Assembly (NCBI GenBank): GCA_963798845.1
Contig: CAWCUS010000005.1
Span: 14,684 to 78,683 of the forward strand
Source: an uncultured Gemmatimonadales bacterium
Lineage (GTDB): Bacteria > Gemmatimonadota > Gemmatimonadetes > Longimicrobiales > RSA9
Direction of reading: 5' to 3'
Length of the DNA stretch: 64,000 nt
A program made the translations under genes and the position numbers. Below are positions 37,299 through 45,490 of this stretch, piece by piece (positions within the stretch are counted from its first letter, which is position 1; every line of letters starts with the position of its first letter). The notes below the pieces were generated by a model. The model saw only the letters and a list, made by a program, of their open reading frames with translations, searched no databases and was not told the origin of the DNA.

Positions 37299-37735
37299 AC
37301 CGGAAGCTGATCGGAATCGCCGGTGCGATCCTGGTGCTGGGCGGATTCGGGTACCTGATCTGGGGCGGACTCGGGAGCAACCTGGTCTACTTCCTCACGC
37401 CCTCGGAGCTGATGGCGAAGGGGAAGGCGGCGTACGAGACGCCGGTGCGGCTGGGGGGGCAGGTGGTCCCCGGTTCCATCGAGTGGAACGCAGACGCGCT
37501 GGATCTCCGTTTCCGCGTCACGGATGGTCAGGATACGCTCGCGGTCCACTCGAAGGGTGCGCCGCCCGCGATGTTCAAGGACACGATGGGCGTGGTGGTG
37601 GAGGGGACATACCACGAGGCGGGAGTGTTCGAGTCGACGAACCTGATGGTCCAGCACTCGAACGAGTACAAGGCGCCACCGCCCGGACACAAGCCGGTGG
37701 ACGCATACAAGACGCTGATCAGAGAGGACGGGTAG
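37295..37735 (+). CDS. ccmE: Cytochrome c-type biogenesis heme chaperone CcmE
   Basis: 146 aa. N-terminal anchor, OB-fold, heme-binding region LMVQHSNEYKAPPP. GTGA overlap with ccmD stop. Confidence 0.9.
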   Translation: MNRKLIGIAGAILVLGGFGYLIWGGLGSNLVYFLTPSELMAKGKAAYETPVRLGGQVVPGSIEWNADALDLRFRVTDGQDTLAVHSKGAPPAMFKDTMGVVVEGTYHEAGVFESTNLMVQHSNEYKAPPPGHKPVDAYKTLIREDG

Positions 37736-37739
37736 GCTC

Positions 37740-39747
37740 GTGGTCAGGCTTCTCGGATTCAGCGCGATCGCATTCTCGCTCGGCCTGGCGGTGTACGCCG
37801 CGCTGGCCGCGTACTGGGGGGCGTACCGGAAGACGCCGGAGCTCGTGGCGAGCGCCCGGGCCGCGGCCTACGCGGTGTTCGGGCTCGTGCTCGTGGCGAA
37901 CCTCTCCATGGTGTACGCCCTTCTGACTCACGATTTCAGCATCTCCTACGTCGCACAGGTGGGGAATCGGTCCACGCCCGCGTTCTACACGGTGATCTCG
38001 CTGTGGGGCTCGCTGGAGGGGTCGATTCTCTTCTGGGGCCTGGTGCTCACCGGGTATGCCGCGGTGGCGACGTTCCTTCACCGGGACCGCGACAACGCCA
38101 TGTTCCCGGTGGCGCTCGGCACGATGATGGTGGTGAGCACGTTCTTCCTGGCGCTGCTGATGGGCCCGGCAAACCCGTTCAAGGCCATGTTCCCGATACC
38201 GGCGGATGGCCCCGGACCGAACCCGTTGCTGCAGAACCACTGGCTGATGGGCGTCCACCCGCCGCTGCTGTACCTCGGCTATGTGGGCATGACCGTGCCG
38301 TTCGCTTTCGCGGTGGGTGCGCTGGTCACCAAGCAGACGGACGATCGCTGGCTGCGCATCACGCGCCGCTGGACGATCACGGCGTGGGGCTTCCTCAGCC
38401 TGGCGATCATCGCCGGAATGTGGTGGTCGTACGACGTGCTGGGGTGGGGCGGGTACTGGGCGTGGGACCCGGTGGAGAACGCATCGTTCATTCCCTGGCT
38501 CACGGCCACGGCATTCATCCACAGCATGATGGTGCAGGAACGGCGGGGGATGCTGAAGGTCTGGAACGTGAGCCTGATCATCTCCACGTTCGTGCTGACG
38601 ATCCTGGGCACGTTCCTGACTCGGAGCGGGATCCTGTCGTCGGTGCATGCGTTCGCGGAAGGCGATATCGGCTACTGGTTCCTGGGCTTCATCGGATTCG
38701 TGCTCCTGGCGAGCCTCGCGCTCGTGGCGGGGAGGAGCGAGGAGCTGGCGAGCGACGGGCGTCTTGAATCGGCCGCGTCGCGCGAGACCGTGTTCCTCCT
38801 GAACAACCTCGTGCTGGCGGCGTTCGCCTTCACGGTGATCCTCGGCACCCTGTTCCCGCTGGTGGCAGAAGCGCTGCGGGGGGTGAAGGTGACCGTGGGT
38901 GAGCCGTTCTTCAACAGGATGACCCTGCCCATGGCCGTCCTGCTCCTCTTCCTGGTGGGCGTGGGCCCGGTGCTGCCGTGGGGGCGAGCGAGCGAGCGGG
39001 ACTACCGCCGGCTGCTGGTCCCCGCCGGTGATGGGTCTCATCGCCGGCGTGGTCGGATTCACCGCGGGGTTCCGCAACGTGATCGCCCTCCTGGGGATCG
39101 CTTTCGCCGGCTTCGCGCTGGCCGCCAACCTGAGCGAGTTCGGTGCCGGGGCGCGGGCGCGCATGCGCTCGCAGGGTGAAAACGCGGCGCTGGCGCTGTG
39201 GCGCCTGATCAAGGGGAATCCACGGCGGTTCGGTGGCTACGTAGCGCACGTGGGCGTGCTCGTCGCCGCGGTGGGGATCATCGCGTCGTCCAGCTTCAAG
39301 GTGGACCGGGAATTCACGCTCACGCCGGGCGAGACGGCGGACGTGGGCGGCTACACGCTGCGGCTCGAGGAAGTCTGGGGCAGGGAAGAGGCGCGGCGCT
39401 TCGTCGTGGGCGCGGACGTGGCCGTGCTCAAGGGGAGTCACCAGGTGGCGACGCTGGCGCCGCGCCTGAACTACTACAACAGCAGCGAGCAGCCGATCAC
39501 CACGCCAGCCGTACGCAGCCGGCCGCACGAAGACCTCTATCTGACGCTGATGGCGTTCGAGCGGGACGGCTCGTCAGCGAGCATCCGGGCGATGGTCGAG
39601 CCGCTGGTGAGCTGGATCTGGATCGGTGGCCTCATCATCGGGCTCGGCGCCCTGATCTCCCTGCGCTACCGGAGCCGCAGGGCGGACGACATGGTCGTGC
39701 GTCAGCCGGGCGGTTCCGGCCGGTTGACGAAGGAGGTGGTGGCGTGA
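37740..39747 (+). pseudogene. ccmF: Cytochrome c heme lyase CcmF interrupted by a +1 frameshift near nt 39027 (or sequencing error)
   Basis: Frame A (37740 on) gives good CcmF with WWD motif WGGYWAWDPVENAS up to LPWGRASERDYRRLLVPA, then an Arg-rich nonsense tail to 39179. Good CcmF sequence resumes in the +1 frame at 39028 (VMGLIAGVVGF ... EPLVSWIWIGGLIIGLGALISL) to 39747. Total span is 3n+1 nt. Confidence 0.9.
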
Positions 39748-40337
39748 GCTGGAAGCGTGCGGGGATCGCCATGGTGGTGGCGATCCCGCTCATCATGCTG
39801 TTCACGTTCGGACTGCGACGAGGGGATCCCCGTCTGATCCCGTCGCCTCTCGTGGACGAGCCTGCCCCGGATTTCGCGCTGCCCGTGATGAACCTGGCGA
39901 GCACTGGACCGTCCACGACGGGGGACACGGTGCGGCTCGCGGACTTCCGCGGGGACGTCGTGGTGCTCAACTTCTTCGCGTCCTGGTGCGTGCCGTGCCG
40001 GATCGAGCACCAGAGCCTCAACCGTATCGCGAGCGCGTACGCGGGGCGGGACGTCCACTTCTTCGGTGTGGTGTACAACGACAGCGCTCCGGCCATCCGC
40101 AGCTACGTGCGCCAGCTCGGGGGCATGGTCTACCCCGCGCTCGCGGACGGGGGGCAGCGCGTCGCCATCGACTACGGCCTCGTGGGTGTGCCCGAAACGT
40201 TCTTCATCGGCCGGGATGGACGGGTCAGGAAGAAAGTGTTCAGCTCGGTCTACGATGATCAGCTGATAGCGGAGATCGAGACACTGCTCTCCGAGCCGCG
40301 CCCCGCGGCCGACGAGCCGGAGGAGGTGGGACGGTGA
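39744..40337 (+). CDS. ccmG: Thiol:disulfide oxidoreductase CcmG/DsbE
   Basis: GTG 39744 (GTGA overlap). N-terminal anchor, thioredoxin fold with WCVPC and GVPETF. Confidence 0.88.
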   Translation: MSWKRAGIAMVVAIPLIMLFTFGLRRGDPRLIPSPLVDEPAPDFALPVMNLASTGPSTTGDTVRLADFRGDVVVLNFFASWCVPCRIEHQSLNRIASAYAGRDVHFFGVVYNDSAPAIRSYVRQLGGMVYPALADGGQRVAIDYGLVGVPETFFIGRDGRVRKKVFSSVYDDQLIAEIETLLSEPRPAADEPEEVGR

Positions 40338-40777
40338 TGCGCAGGATGGCCGGATTGCTGGTGCTCCTGCTGGTGGTGGCTGGCACGCGCCTGAGCGCGC
40401 AACAGGAAGGGTTGACCCGGAAGGGCCCGCTACAGGATCAGGCCATGGAGGCGGAAGCGAGCCGGATCGCGTCGGGGCTGCGCTGCCCGGTGTGCCAGGG
40501 GCTCTCCATCCAGGATTCTCCCTCGCCGCTGGCGCAGGAGATGAAGGACGTGATCCGGACCCAGCTCTCCGCCGGAAGGTCCGAGGACCAGATCCAGGCC
40601 TACTTCGTCAGCAAGTACGGCGAATGGGTGCTCCTGGCGCCCCGGGCCGCGGGCTTCAACCTCCTGGTCTACCTGCTCCCTGCGCTGGTCCTCCTGGCGG
40701 GCGGCGGACTGATCGTGTTGTCCGTTCGACGCTGGACGACCGCGGCGCCTCGCGACGGCGAAGCCGGCCAGGGCTGA
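40334..40777 (+). CDS. ccmH: Cytochrome c-type biogenesis protein CcmH (CcmL)
   Basis: 147 aa with signal peptide, LRCPVCQGLSIQDS motif and a C-terminal TM. GTGA overlap with ccmG stop. Confidence 0.85.
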   Translation: MMRRMAGLLVLLLVVAGTRLSAQQEGLTRKGPLQDQAMEAEASRIASGLRCPVCQGLSIQDSPSPLAQEMKDVIRTQLSAGRSEDQIQAYFVSKYGEWVLLAPRAAGFNLLVYLLPALVLLAGGGLIVLSVRRWTTAAPRDGEAGQG

Positions 40778-40920
40778 CCGGCTCTTTCCCGGGCTCCCGG
40801 CCTCGCGCCTCGCGCCGCCCGGGACTACCTTTCGCGGCGGTTGAAGGGCGGACCGTCTGCGGACGGCGACGGTAGAAGAGCCGAAAACGGCAAGGCTCGG
40901 GAGAACCCAGCGGAGCATCG

Positions 40921-41784
40921 ATGTATCCTCACCTGTTCACGATCGGTCACTTCACCGTGACCTCGTTCGGCCTCATGATGTTCCTCTCGTTCGTGGTGGG
41001 CGCCTGGGTCCTGGCCCGCCAGTTCGAAAAGCGGGACATGAGCCCGGAGCTCGCGTGGGACATGCTGCTCTGGATCGCGCTCGGCGGCATCATCGGGGCC
41101 AAGCTGTACTACATCGGGCTCCATATGGACGACCTGGCGGCCGACCCGCTCCGGGAGCTGACCAACCGCGGCGGGCTGGTGTGGTACGGTGGCTTCATTG
41201 GCGGTGCAGCGGCGTTCTACTGGCAGGTCCGCAAGCGCAAGCTGTCGCTCGCCCGGACGTTCGATTCTGCAGCGCCGGCGCTCGCGATCGCGTACGCCGT
41301 GGGGCGCATGGGGTGCTTCCTCGTGGGCGACGACTACGGCCGTCCCACCGACTCCTGGGTCGGGATCGCGTTCCCGAAAGGGTATCCGCCGACCACCGCC
41401 GGCTACTTCCGTTCGATCGGCACCGAGATCCCGGCCAACATCCCCGACTCGGCGGTGCTGGCCGTGCACCCGACGCAGCTGTACGAGATCGGGCTGGCGC
41501 TGATCATCTTCGCGATCCTGTGGCGGCTTTCGGGCAAACTTCGGGATGGACGCCTGTTCGCGGTCTACATGGCGCTGTACGGCATCGAGCGCTTCATGAT
41601 CGAGTTCGTGCGCGCGAAGACCGACCACGTTCTTCTTGGCCTGACGACTTCACAGGTGGCCAGCATCCTCCTCCTCATGGGGGCTACCGTGATCTGGCAG
41701 CGGACCGCGAATGCACCCGTCACGGCGCCGTCCGGCGCCCGGACCGGGTCGCCCGGGGGGCCCCGGGCCGCCGCCCCTCGCTGA
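40921..41784 (+). CDS. lgt: Prolipoprotein diacylglyceryl transferase
   Basis: 287 aa. FTIGHFTVTSFGLMM N-terminus, GRMGCFLVGDDYGRPT, HPTQLYE. Confidence 0.92.
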   Translation: MYPHLFTIGHFTVTSFGLMMFLSFVVGAWVLARQFEKRDMSPELAWDMLLWIALGGIIGAKLYYIGLHMDDLAADPLRELTNRGGLVWYGGFIGGAAAFYWQVRKRKLSLARTFDSAAPALAIAYAVGRMGCFLVGDDYGRPTDSWVGIAFPKGYPPTTAGYFRSIGTEIPANIPDSAVLAVHPTQLYEIGLALIIFAILWRLSGKLRDGRLFAVYMALYGIERFMIEFVRAKTDHVLLGLTTSQVASILLLMGATVIWQRTANAPVTAPSGARTGSPGGPRAAAPR

Positions 41785-41788
41785 GCTG

Positions 41789-42757
41789 GTGACCGCTCGG
41801 CGGCTCTCGTGCCTGCTCGCCGCGCTTGTCGCGGCGGCCGCGCCCCGGGCCGCGCGCGCACAGGAGCCGGCGGACACCACGGCCCATCCGCGCGTGCAGC
41901 CGCCGGGGGACTCGGTGGCCGCCATTGCGCCCGGAGATACCACCCTCTCCGACACCACCGCTCCAGCACCGGTCCGACCGGTGCCGAGGCTCGTGGTGAC
42001 GGTCCAGGGAGGGCTGGTCCGGTTCACCGACCTGCAGTCCCAGGCCGCGCGCCTCGCCGTCAGGGGGGCGACGGGCGAGACAACGAGCACGGTTCTGCTG
42101 CGGACCCTGGGCGTCAATGGCGGCGTGGGAGGAGGCGCTTCGGCGCTGCTGAACCTTTCCCGTCGGTGGGGCGCACGGCTGGGCGTGAGCATCCTGCAGG
42201 CGACGCTCAACGCGGCCTACGCCGCCGGCGACAGCGCGTCGTCGAACCGGGCCGGGAGGCTCCCGGCGCCCGGGGAGCGCGGGGTGCGGGTGACGGTGGT
42301 GGATGCGGCGCTGCAGTATCGGCTTCCGGCGGGAGCGCGGCTGCATCCGTACCTGGAGCTCGGGGCTGCGGCCGTCAGCTGGGCGACCGACGCCACGACC
42401 GCCACTGCGCTGGCGGGCGCCAGCGATCTTCTGCACGCGCAGACGCGTGCGGCGGTTGAAGCGGCCGTAGGCGCAGTGGTTCCGGTCACTGACGCGCTCT
42501 CCGTCCGCCTCCAGGCAACGACGCAGCTCTTCCGCACCCCGCTCGGGACCGCGCCGGCCAGCGCGCTCATCGCCTCAGGCGACTCCGCTTCGCTCTCCTT
42601 CGACCCCCCTCGCTCCGCGCACTACGCGGACGCGGCGGTGGAGCTCGTTCGGGCCATGCGGCTGGAGGTGGGCCTCAGTTACGGATTCGGCCGCCTGGCG
42701 CCGGAGCGCCCGAGCGAATCCGCAGAAGTCGGATCGTCGACACCGACGCCCCGCTGA
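41789..42757 (+). CDS. Hypothetical secreted beta-rich protein (outer-membrane-barrel-like)
   Basis: GTG 41789. Signal peptide RRLSCLLAALVAAAAPRAARAQ, beta-strand-like repeats, OMP-type beta-signal RLEVGLSYGF followed by a 22-aa tail. Start uncertain. Confidence 0.5.
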   Translation: MTARRLSCLLAALVAAAAPRAARAQEPADTTAHPRVQPPGDSVAAIAPGDTTLSDTTAPAPVRPVPRLVVTVQGGLVRFTDLQSQAARLAVRGATGETTSTVLLRTLGVNGGVGGGASALLNLSRRWGARLGVSILQATLNAAYAAGDSASSNRAGRLPAPGERGVRVTVVDAALQYRLPAGARLHPYLELGAAAVSWATDATTATALAGASDLLHAQTRAAVEAAVGAVVPVTDALSVRLQATTQLFRTPLGTAPASALIASGDSASLSFDPPRSAHYADAAVELVRAMRLEVGLSYGFGRLAPERPSESAEVGSSTPTPR

Positions 42758-44474
42758 CCGCATCGGTCACCTCCACGGTGACCCGCTTCAGGCCGTCGCC
42801 CGCGCTGGAGAGGTCGAGGGTGAACGCCACCACGGCCGGATTCTCGGAAGCGGAGCCCTCCCAGGCGACGCGCACCGGGCGGTCGCGCCGGGCAAGGCCG
42901 AGCGTCCGACCGAGCCAGCGCACGGCACGGCCGATGGCGCCGGAATCATCCACCGGCTCCACTTGCCACGAGACCGCGTAGTGCGACTTTCCCCCCACCC
43001 GTGGCAGCCCGTACACCTCGACGTACAGCCCGATCGCTTCGCCGGGCGGGATCTCCAGTGAGGCGAGGGGGACGAGCGCGGCGTCCGTCCTCACGGCCGG
43101 CGCCGCCCCGGCGGCGAACGGCAGACCGACCACGAGGTCCGAGAGCGAGAGCCCGCGGCTCGCGGGGACGTCGACCCGGAACTGGGCCAGGCCGCCGAGA
43201 CCGGTGGATTCGTCGTCCACCTCTGCGCGCGCGACGTACACGCCCGGCCTCGCGGGCACCGTTCCCCTCAGGACCGTGCCTCTCGCGCCACCGCCCGAGT
43301 CCACTCGCACCATCGCTTCCACCCGGCCGACCTCGTGACCCATCGTGTCGAGCAGGGCGATCAGGCCGCGCGGGTGCTCCGGGACGAATGGACGCGCCGT
43401 ATCGGCGGGGAGGAAGGCGTCGATGCGGAGCAGGGAGGCGCCGGGAAACACGGTGCTCTGGAACGACATGCCGTGCATGCGATGCAGCCGGACGGGGGCG
43501 TATTGCGTGTGCGCCGTGTCGCGCTCCAGGTCCGGCCGGCGACCCGGCGGATAGGGGAACGGGATCCCCTCCGTGAGGAGGCGGGCCGGGACGAACGAGA
43601 CCATGTGGGGGTCGAACCACTCGACCATGGAGAGCCTGGGCTCGAAGCTTGGCACGTACTGGTGCTGCCGCTCCCTCCGCACCGGCCGGCCGAAACGGAG
43701 CAGGATCTCCTCCTGGTCCGCGCCCCAGCTTTCCATCCCCAGCGCACGCGGCGCCTCCTCCAGGATGGCGGCCCATGCGTGCCGTGCGTAGTGCGCCGAG
43801 CGGCGCTCGTTCCCTGGCTCCAGCAGCGACGGATCGGAGAAGGCCCAGAAGCGCGCGAGGTAGCGCTCCCTGGCCTCCGGGTCGAGCCGCTCGTAGGCCT
43901 TGCGCTCCTCTCCCTCCAGCAGGACCCCCACGTCGTCGAGCTTCTCCCGGGCCTCCGCCGGCATGGCTGCGCGCGCTGAATCGAACGCCTCCTCGGCCTC
44001 GGCGAAATCGCCGGCCTCGTGAAGCGCAAGCCCGAGCAGCATCAGGCTCTCCGGTGCGTAGTGCGCAGCCCATGCGTGCGTTCTGGCCGTGGCCACCGCC
44101 TCCGACTCCCGGTCGTCATCGACCAGGTAGCGCACCACCCGCCCCGCTGCCACCGGGTCCGCCGGCGCGGCAGAGAACCAGCGGCGGTGCGTCCGGAGCG
44201 CCGCCAGCCGGGCCTGCACCGCCGCCTCCGGCGGAGGCAGCGGGGCGCGGGGCGGGGTGCCCGGGTCATCGTAGGTGAAGCAGAAGCGGCCGATGATCTC
44301 GTCGCAGTGATCGCCGCCACCGCTCCCGAAGCGCTCGGGGGCGAGTCGTCGCAGGAGCGACTCGTAGTAGAACGCCGCGGAGCGGGCTCGGCGCGCCAGG
44401 GCGCGAACCGAGTCTTGCGGCGCCGTCTGGGGCGCGGCCACGGAAAAGAACACAATCAGCAAGGCTTCGAGCAC
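42675..44474 (-). CDS. GWxTD-domain-like secreted protein
   Basis: The upper part of track ORF (to 45017) is Arg/Pro nonsense antisense to the gntR-like gene. Plausible start is GTG at 44474 (VLEALLIVFFSVAAPQ). Central segment RFWAFSDPSLLEPGNERRSAHYARHAW ... ESWGADQEEILLRFGRP resembles the GWxTD domain (here SWGAD). C-terminal beta-rich domain. Start uncertain. Confidence 0.55.
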   Translation of the reverse strand: MLEALLIVFFSVAAPQTAPQDSVRALARRARSAAFYYESLLRRLAPERFGSGGGDHCDEIIGRFCFTYDDPGTPPRAPLPPPEAAVQARLAALRTHRRWFSAAPADPVAAGRVVRYLVDDDRESEAVATARTHAWAAHYAPESLMLLGLALHEAGDFAEAEEAFDSARAAMPAEAREKLDDVGVLLEGEERKAYERLDPEARERYLARFWAFSDPSLLEPGNERRSAHYARHAWAAILEEAPRALGMESWGADQEEILLRFGRPVRRERQHQYVPSFEPRLSMVEWFDPHMVSFVPARLLTEGIPFPYPPGRRPDLERDTAHTQYAPVRLHRMHGMSFQSTVFPGASLLRIDAFLPADTARPFVPEHPRGLIALLDTMGHEVGRVEAMVRVDSGGGARGTVLRGTVPARPGVYVARAEVDDESTGLGGLAQFRVDVPASRGLSLSDLVVGLPFAAGAAPAVRTDAALVPLASLEIPPGEAIGLYVEVYGLPRVGGKSHYAVSWQVEPVDDSGAIGRAVRWLGRTLGLARRDRPVRVAWEGSASENPAVVAFTLDLSSAGDGLKRVTVEVTDAVSGASVSTIRLLRIRSGAPAPGGRIRN

Positions 44475-44490
44475 GGATTCACTTCGACGT

Positions 44491-44529
44491 GGAACGCGGA
44501 TTGCCCTCGGCGTCGTCCAAGGAACGCGG
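44491..44529. promoter_or_regulatory. Perfect 9-bp direct repeat GGAACGCGG x2 in divergent promoter gap (candidate operator)
   Basis: GGAACGCGG at 44491-44499 and 44521-44529, 30 bp start-to-start. Lies in the 86-bp gap between the GWxTD-like gene and the GntR-family gene. Confidence 0.3.
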
Positions 44530-44560
44530 TAGACTCCAAGAAGAGGACAGGAGGTCTGCG

Positions 44561-45490
44561 GTGCGCAAGGCCGGATCACTCGTGCTGGATCGGCTGCGGG
44601 AGCGGATCCTCGTGGGGCTGTACTTCGGGACATGGGCGCCAGGCGACCGTTTGCCGAGCGTGCGACAGGTGGCCGCAATGGAGGACGTGGACCGGAAGAC
44701 GGCGGCCGCCGCGTACCGCCGGCTGGCAAAGGAGGGGCTGGTGGCGGTGGAGGCGCGCTCGGGCGTGTACCTGCAGGGTTCCAGGCAGGCCGAAGTCCCC
44801 GACCCGCTGGCCACGCTGCACCGGCAATGGCTCGAGTCGACGCTGAACAGCGCGTTCGAGCTGGGGCTCGACACCGAGTCGGTGGCCCGCATGCTCCAGG
44901 GCGTGGCCGTGGTGCAGGAGCGGCCGATTCCCGTGGTCGACGGGGACCCCGGCCACGCGGCGCTGCTCGCCGCGGAGCTGAAGTCGATGCTCGACGTCGA
45001 CGCCAGGCCGTGCGCACCGGACAGCGCGGGCAACCCCGCCGGGCTGTTCAGGGACGCTCCTTTCCTGGTAGCGACGCCCGTCGCCGCCGGGCTCATTCCG
45101 CGGGCCCGGCGGCGGGTGGTGCGCCTGACCCTCTGCCCGGAGCTGTTCGAGGACGTCCGCAGGCACGCCGCGCGCGGGATGGTCACCGTGATCGTGGGCA
45201 CGCGCGGCCTCGAGCTGGAGCTGCGGCGAGCGCTGCGGCGCGGCCTGGCCGGCCCGTCCGGTCGGGTCCGCGTGATCCGGCCCGGTGAGCCGTCGAAGCT
45301 GGACGTCGAGGGTGAGGGTACGGTGCTGGTGTGGCCGGGCTCCCCCGCGTGGGTGCGGGAGCGGCTGGATGGGGGGGCGCGGTATGCGCGGCGGCTGATC
45401 TCGGAGCGCACGCTCTCGGAAGTGCGCGGCCACGTGGCTCGCGCGGCGCTGGAGACCATCAATAAGTCCAACGCCATCGCGTCGCGATGA
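44561..45490 (+). CDS. GntR-family HTH transcriptional regulator with uncharacterised C-terminal domain
   Basis: GTG 44561 preceded by GGAGG at 6-nt spacing. Winged HTH LPSVRQVAAMEDVDRKTAAAAYRRLAKEGLVAVEARSGVYL. About 230-aa C-terminal domain not recognised. Confidence 0.75.
   Translation: MRKAGSLVLDRLRERILVGLYFGTWAPGDRLPSVRQVAAMEDVDRKTAAAAYRRLAKEGLVAVEARSGVYLQGSRQAEVPDPLATLHRQWLESTLNSAFELGLDTESVARMLQGVAVVQERPIPVVDGDPGHAALLAAELKSMLDVDARPCAPDSAGNPAGLFRDAPFLVATPVAAGLIPRARRRVVRLTLCPELFEDVRRHAARGMVTVIVGTRGLELELRRALRRGLAGPSGRVRVIRPGEPSKLDVEGEGTVLVWPGSPAWVRERLDGGARYARRLISERTLSEVRGHVARAALETINKSNAIASR

Noticed and set aside
39000-39040. Programmed +1 ribosomal frameshifting in ccmF (and in tamA at 51170-51200)
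   Set aside because: There is no slippery or rare/stop codon at the shift site, no upstream Shine-Dalgarno-like stimulator, and the zero frame stays open for about 50 codons. I know of no precedent in these families. An indel (real or sequencing error) is more parsimonious.
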